This document shows positions 54,401 to 64,000 of a DNA stretch of 64,000 nt, in pieces; the stretch's first letter is position 1, and each line of letters opens with the position of its first letter. A program made the translations under genes and the position numbers. The notes under the pieces are model-generated. The model saw only the letters and a program-made list of their open reading frames with translations. It was not told where the DNA came from and ran no database searches. The stretch comes from Amoeboaphelidium protococcarum X5 (lineage: Eukaryota; Fungi; Aphelidiomycota), in assembly GCA_023515725.1 (NCBI GenBank), contig JALDTO010000164.1, positions 124,001 to 188,000 of the forward strand, written 5' to 3'.

Positions 54401-55101
54401 CTTGGATTTATTTATTTAGGTATTAAATGTCCTTAACTGATGGAGATCAAGACTATAATTGAATGAAAAGAAAATAAAAAATTTGTTCAAGGGAAAGAGC
54501 CTCCTCACATACGGCAAGAATGTACTGCGTTCTTAGTTCTATCTTCAGGAACATTTACCTAATTTTGGTCTATCAGCTTAGAGTCGATTTAGTAAAATAC
54601 ATTGAGAAACATTCAAGGCAAGGCCCAGTCTACTAGTTTATAAAAATCCAACATCATAAAAGCCATATTGATACTGCGCCATTGGGGAGTGAGAATGCCC
54701 TTGGCCATGCATTTTCTCAGGACCGACTAGAATCGATCAAAAAAGCGATCGGACGCGTAATCGGCAAGAACAACAACAACGGCAACGGGTGGGTGAGAGA
54801 GCGAGAGAAAACGACGTTTTGTCAAACAATCCACACCCACACACTTTCTCGGGACAACTCGCACGTCCGTCCGCTCTCACTTTCTTTCTGTTTCGTGTGT
54901 GTGTGTGACCCGTCTGCTTCCCATTGTGTGCCAGCATTGTCATTCATTATTGCTATTATTATCTGATAGGCTGTAATAAAGCGCACATTACTGGACACCA
55001 ATTGCCCGCCACGCATACTATATACAATTGTGTTTATCGATAAAAGTGAAATCTGATAGTGTCCAAATCCGTGTACAAAGAATAGTGGGACAAGCGGCAA
55101 G

Positions 55102-58045
<2,944 letters not shown>

Positions 58046-58252
58046 GCTATTAATGTTAAGACTGATAAATGGAATTGTTGTTTATGAGTGAGAGATTGTG
58101 GTATAAATTATGATGTTTTGTCTGATATCTTTTAATTTGTTCTTTGGATTCATCCAAAGTATTACCCCCGTTTAATTCTGTCTGTCTGTCTGTAAACTCA
58201 CGCGGTCACACGAATTTTAACAACATTAGCCAATTAAGTTTCGCATAACATG

Positions 58253-59248
58253 TCACGCTTATTTAACGTTACACCAATTTTTTTAGTCTGATTGTAAAAT
58301 TTTTCTTTTCTTCGTCAAGCTTGTAAATTTTAGTGTCTGTCTAATTTAGTAAATATAGTTTAGTATAAAGTACTGCATTTCTTCTTTACATTGTAGCTGA
58401 GATGGCGTGATATCAATTTGTTAATGGAGTTGAGTGCGCCATGTGCTGGGCTTAGTAACTGACGTTACAACACTTCTCGAATTCTTCAAAAATGCAACCA
58501 ATTTAAATTGTATATCTTCAGCAGTTGCACTTGTCATTTTAATTATAAGTCTTGAGTCTACGAATTTAATTCGCTCGAGCAATTACGTGATAATCATGCG
58601 CAAGGAAGCTAGCTCAATTGTCATGATCAAAGATCTGAAATCAAAAGAGCACAAGCCTTTGCCGATTCTTATTTGATCCACAAGCCCGCGACAAATGTCT
58701 AAAGTGTAATTACACATTGCATTATAGCCGCCTGTAAAAGAAAAGATAAGCGCCTTCACAGCACGTTTATGCTGGTGCTATAACCGCTCAAAAGAGCCCA
58801 ATCGCTCTAAGCACTTTGTCATTAATAAACGCCCTTGGTCTATATTGTAGCTTGATGATGATAGCTTCTGACAATCCTGACGTGATTTGCAATTAACGCT
58901 ACCATTAAAATTTGGCTTGTGAAAGTAATCTTGAACATGATGTAATTTGAGTTGAAACGCCTGTGAGTATGGGTCTCCACGTGATTTCCTTATAACTTGC
59001 ACGATGATTAAGAATTTCAATCTCCTAGTGCCAGAAGCATTTAATTACACCAATTACGATTTGGGCGCAGACGCATTAACTTCAAAGTGCTTAGTAAGTT
59101 GTTGATTGTAATAATCGTAGGATTTAAACGTGCCATTACTTTTCTGTGGGTACAACGAATTCGCGGAGCAAATTCTGCAGCTACATGCATTCGAGAAGTT
59201 CGAAATCAAGGTTGACAATATGCCGTGCAGTGTTATGAGTATATTCAT
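58253..59248 (-). CDS. Unassigned TGA-free ORF (~331 aa), possibly spurious
   Basis: No in-frame TGA and a hydrophobic N-terminus, but no motifs. Long chance ORFs are common when there is only one stop codon. Confidence 0.2.
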
Positions 59249-60099
59249 AGCTGCCGTAATGGAAATGAATAAATGGTCCAGAACATACCGAACTCAACCA
59301 TAAGCTCAACCTAAATCGCATTTTAGATCGTCCCACTAATACGGCCCGACATGAGTTAATTATAGTACAATAGAACAGTCATGCATTTCCGCTCTTTGCC
59401 AACTAATGCTTCACTCAAACGATTAACATACAGTACTGAAAGTCTTCGTCAATCTGAAACTACTATGCCTAGGAGCGCGAACATCTGATACAGCTACCAA
59501 CGTGTTTAAAGAATCATCAAACTATACAGAAAGTCAAGACGACACATGCCTCGTCTGTAACTGAAGTTGTAACTGAAAATGACCTAAGGCAATACAGTAT
59601 CAGTGTATAGTTGCTGAAGTTTCGGACGCAGTTGAAACGTTTAGCATTGGCCCCCTCTATCGTTATGCTCTTAACACAATGCAAAAACTGAACCTGTCGG
59701 GTCGCGTAAACTTTACAAGTTTAAAACATATATACAGTAACTCATATCATCAGTCTAACTAATCGCCATTTATGTACATAGTAGCTGGATGAATCCAAAG
59801 CCGTAGCATGGCGCGCAGCGACATGCCCCCTAAATGAAATTTATTATTGTCTTGGTGTTGTTAAATCCCGCAAGGAGATGATTAATCAAGGAGAGAGCAA
59901 TCGGGGATGATTGCGAAACCGTTTCAACGTGATGAATCTTCTAAGTAACGAATCATTGGTCAGAATTCACACAAAAGGTAACCAAATGTTGTCAATATCA
60001 TGTCATCTTTCTTTTCTCTCTTCTTCTCATCGGACTATATCTCTCTTATAGAATCTTTATTTACAATTAAATTTACTATCGCTTGATATTCGATTTAAA

Positions 60100-60682
60100 A
60101 TGGCAAGATAGCAAATTCACTCTACTGATCTCGGAACAATCTTATTTGGCGTCGCTTTGTTTTTGGCCGGCTGGGTTCTGCTGATCGTTGGTAGTGCTGC
60201 CAAGGACTTTGGTGGAAGAAACGGCTTTATTCTCTTCCTTGATGCTGCAATCATTTTGGTTCTGCTTGCAACCTTTTTCACTGGTAAGATGTGGCTAGTC
60301 GCTTTACTTCATCATGTACTTATAATCCCACTTGTTATGTGTAGGTTACTTTCATCGCGTCAGAATTGCTCTGGTTGGATTACTGGTCATCGTCACGTAC
60401 TATGACTTGGAAACTTACACTAGCTTCAACCAGTATGGTGACGACTATGACAAGGTTATGTATGCTGGTGGAATCATCAAGTTGATTGCTGATTTCTGGC
60501 TGATCATTTTTGTTGGAACCATCTGGGCCGCTGATCCTTATGGTTACGGTAACTCTACCAGAGTTGGTAACAACAAGACATTGGGCGGACCTGGTACTCA
60601 TACCCAGAACCTGGGAAGTGGTGCTGGAAACTTGGCAGGCAACAGAAACTTGAGCAGTGACACGTATGGTACCCAGGTATGA
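60100..60682 (+). CDS. Sho1-like four-TM protein lacking SH3, copy 1 (intron 60284-60344)
   Basis: Four hydrophobic segments: LAGWVLLIVG, RIALVGLL, AGGIIKLIADFWLIIFVGT; tail ends GTQV. Confidence 0.6.
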
Positions 60683-61050
60683 AATGTATCTGCTCATAAT
60701 TGAAATATTTTATGAAATACTGATTTGAAATTTAAGTTTAATGGTTTTATCCTTAACAGTATCGATGATCTTCAATTTTCATCAACTCTTTTTTGTTGAA
60801 TGAGATCAGATCGCCATTTTCCGACAAGTGATGAGCGACGGTTTCAAAAAGATGCGCGCTCATCGGGGAGTGAAACAAAGCGATGTCCTGCATTTGCATC
60901 GTTAGCAACGGGCCATCCCAACGCCACAGTTCTCATAAAAATAGACACTGATTGTCGTTTCATACCCACCTGGCATCCCTCTTTTCTCCATATCAATTAT
61001 CATAGTATATAGCAAAAGTGCAACTAAACAAATTAGAAACAATATCAGAA

Positions 61051-61560
61051 ATGCCTCTGTCCGATTTCAAGACTCCTTTCAACCTGGTTATCAGTGCCTT
61101 TTATATGATAGGCTGGTTTCTGTAGGTCATTGGTTACGGTTTGGCTAATGTGACTGGTGCCGTTGGGTTTACCTTGTTCTTGTCTGTACTGGTTTAAATC
61201 ATGTGGGTTGGAATCACTGTTCAGTATGGATCCATTGCTCAGTATCGTCTGCTGCTGATTAGCTTGTTGATCATCGTCACCACTTCTGACATGGGTGCGG
61301 CTGGATCTGTTGCAGCCCTTAATGGTTTCGGTGCCGGTGTTGCTGGTCTCAACTTGGGAATTCTTCCAACTGCCTTTAATATGATTGGAGCTGGTGGAGT
61401 TATCAAGTCTATTGTTGACTTTGTCTTGATCTTTGTCTGGGGCTCTGAGCCTGGCTCTGTTATTGCAGAGGCTGCAAACGGTGTTTTGCCAGAAGGTATC
61501 AAGGTTGCTAAGCGTCCACAACAGGAGATGACTGCAGCCACTGCTGAGACCAAGGTATGA
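61051..61560 (+). CDS. Sho1-like four-TM protein lacking SH3, copy 2
   Basis: IGWFLQVIG, SIAQYRLLL, AGGVIKSIVDFVLIFVWGSE; tail ends ETKV. Confidence 0.62.
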
Positions 61561-62176
61561 GATATGATAATGAGTACTTGAGAGTAATATGGTGAGTAAT
61601 TTATGCAAATCTTGATCTTTCTTTTCTTTTACACTTGAAACACCACTTTATGCAGCTAATGTCAGTCAAATCTCTTGCAATCTACATTGAAACGCAGACA
61701 CCAGAGAAGAGAGTTATAGGATGTAGATTGAACATATACTTTCTCATTAAGGCAATGTACTTGGTCCACATCACCTCGTCTTCATTGGAAAAACAGAAAT
61801 TATCCAACTCGGATACTTTCACTGAGTTGACGCGTCTGCCTCGCGTATACGGCAATCAACATAACCTCCCGCCACATTAACAAGATCTATACTGGTATTT
61901 CAATTAAAAAAATGAGAGATCTTTCTTGGTCAGATATAGATGTGTTGATCCGCAGTAGCAAGATATGACTGAAGCGCGATATGATCTGATTCAAATCCAT
62001 ATTATCTGTAAATGACGTCACTTTCAGTATTTCATCATCATCATCATCAACTCGTATGAATCTGCCCCCTGTATGTGCTTCACTTTTACTTCTTCCTCTT
62101 CTACGTTATAACGATGAAATTTTTGACAACTGTATTTTTGCTACTCTTACACATACAGCTTCTAGTGATCAACGCA

Positions 62177-62677
62177 ATGTCTGTCAATACTAAAGAGCTA
62201 ATCACCAATGTGTTCAGGATGTACACTACTAAATCTCACGAGGAGTAGAAATAGCTGCTACAAAAGTACTTTGCACCTAATGTGACTTTCGAAGATCCTC
62301 TGATGCGTGTTCATGGCCATAAGAATTATAGAGTCTAGTTCCATTCTCTGATCAAGCTATTCAGTGATATCAAGATTGATTATGATGTCTCCAAGTACCA
62401 AACAGTCAATCCATCCTCTGCTAGACCGGATGCTATAGACTTGATCATCCCTAATCAGTAGCACTACGTCTTTAAGAAGGATGGCTTCATCTCTAGGCGT
62501 CTCTTCCCTGACAAGGTTGACTTGGACACTGTGACAACTATCACGGTGGTTGATGGGAAGATTGTATCCCACCGCGACGTGTGGATCGGTAATAAAGAAT
62601 CCACTATCCACTAGAAGTACACTAAGCCGCTGTTGGGACATGTGGTTAGCGTCACATTGAGACTTATCGGATGGTGA
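62177..62677 (+). CDS. SnoaL/NTF2-like protein (~166 aa)
   Basis: YFAPNVTFEDPLMRVHG...QF and DGKIVSHRDVW. Confidence 0.75.
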
Positions 62678-62752
62678 GGTAGTACAGCTGTAAATGCTTA
62701 AAGTAAAGAATTGAATGTTTAATAAATTCAGTAAAAGCTAATTCTTGATTAA

Positions 62753-63813
62753 TCAATGTTCATTTAGCCATTTATACACAACACTAAAGTCCTTGTTTTA
62801 ATTATCATCTACTGCAGCTGCCAGACGATAAACTTCACGCGTGATAGCACCAAGTGGAAGTGGTGACTTGACCTTTTCAGCACTCTCCAGAGCCAGCTTG
62901 ATATCTTTTTGCATGAGCTGCATTCCGAATCCAGGCTTGTATTGATTCGATGATGGAGCCACGTCGAGGACATCTGGGTGCGGATTGTACTTTGTCAAAG
63001 ACCAAGACTGACCACTGGATACATTCATTATCTGACTGAGAACTGTTGCATCTATGCCCAAACGTGTACCCAAAGTTAAAGTCTCACTTGTAGCCAACAT
63101 TCCTATGGCGAGCATGAGATTGTTGCACAACTTGGCTGCCTGGCCATTACCGGCTGCTCCACACTGAAAAAAGTTTTAGCCCATAGGCTGCAGAACCTAT
63201 TTGACCTTTTCAAATGCCGTCACATCCTCAGTCCCCACCATGAAAGTTAAAGTGCCATTTTTAGCTCCTCCTTGTCCGCCTACATAAAGTTTCCGCATTA
63301 TAAATGGAGACTTCAACTCTATTGTCACAACTTACCGCTAACAGGAGCATCAACTGCAATGTGTCCGAGGCTTTGCAATGCCTCGCTGCACTCTCTACTT
63401 GTCAATGGATCGATAGTACTGCAATCTATTATAATCTTTGGTGGTCGTTGGGTAGATCCTTGAACTTAAAGACCCGCCAGCAGAGAATCTTTCCCACTGA
63501 GCCACACAGATTTAACAATCTAAGGCGATGGAAGCATAGTAATCACTGCATCACTCTACTAGACAACTTCCGCAGGAGAATTCGCCACCTTTAGAACTTA
63601 CTTGAACTCTTTCGCTTGCTCCTAGAATAGACGCAGATTGTCAGAGTTGTTTTCAAGCACAGTGAAGCTGTTACCACCACCATTCGGGTCATACAACTTT
63701 TGCAGAATGTTCATGGCCATTGGATTTCCCATCGCACCTAGACCGATAAATCCATACTTTATAGGCAAAGCTTTAGTTGCCATTTAGCTGTACAAAACTC
63801 TTGCTGTTATCAT
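62753..63813 (-). CDS. HIBADH: 3-hydroxyisobutyrate dehydrogenase (intron 63280-63335)
   Basis: GFIGLGAMG, VITMLP, IDCSTID, DAPVSGG (spliced), GTLTFMVG, AKLCNN, LMQKD. Confidence 0.95.
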
Positions 63814-64000
63814 AACTCTATGATGTTATTAACTATGCTTATACAGTGAGAACTTGAATAATAAACAAAGTAACAATGGAAACAGAGCTCTCTGACACGC
63901 CTGAAGAGTTGACGCGACGCGAAACTTTGCGCATGTGTTCTCTCACTCAAGATACTAAGAGGAGATGACAGAGCCAGTAGTAAGTAAGATGTAAAATAAA

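Noticed and set aside
63965-64000. Start of a further plus-strand gene
   Set aside because: Only 12 codons are visible, too little to call.

Overview
Gene-dense, AT-rich eukaryotic nuclear DNA that uses a non-standard genetic code: TAA and TAG read as Gln, and TGA is the only stop (NCBI table 6). The supplied standard-code ORF track is therefore fragmented. Re-read by hand in code 6, the window holds about 33 mostly intronless genes, with occasional 54-69 nt GT-AG introns, plus one tRNA-Thr(CGT). The gene content is fungal/holomycotan (Cet1-type RNA triphosphatase, Pam17, Sct1/Gpt2, Ccc2, Sho1-like proteins). Together with TAR=Gln this best fits an aphelid such as Amoeboaphelidium protococcarum (inference, not verified). 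Housekeeping genes are interleaved with accessory or duplicated loci: an inverted pair of large secreted proteins carrying an unrecognised ~85-aa repeat, two severin-type gelsolins, a Crinkler-type REase-kinase, tandem secreted catalase-fold proteins with shared promoter motifs, tandem SH3-less Sho1-like tetraspan proteins ending in PDZ-type ligands, and a SIM-PIP-UBZ-RING ligase with a 1-nt frameshift. All coordinates and family calls come from manual reading; no searches were run.
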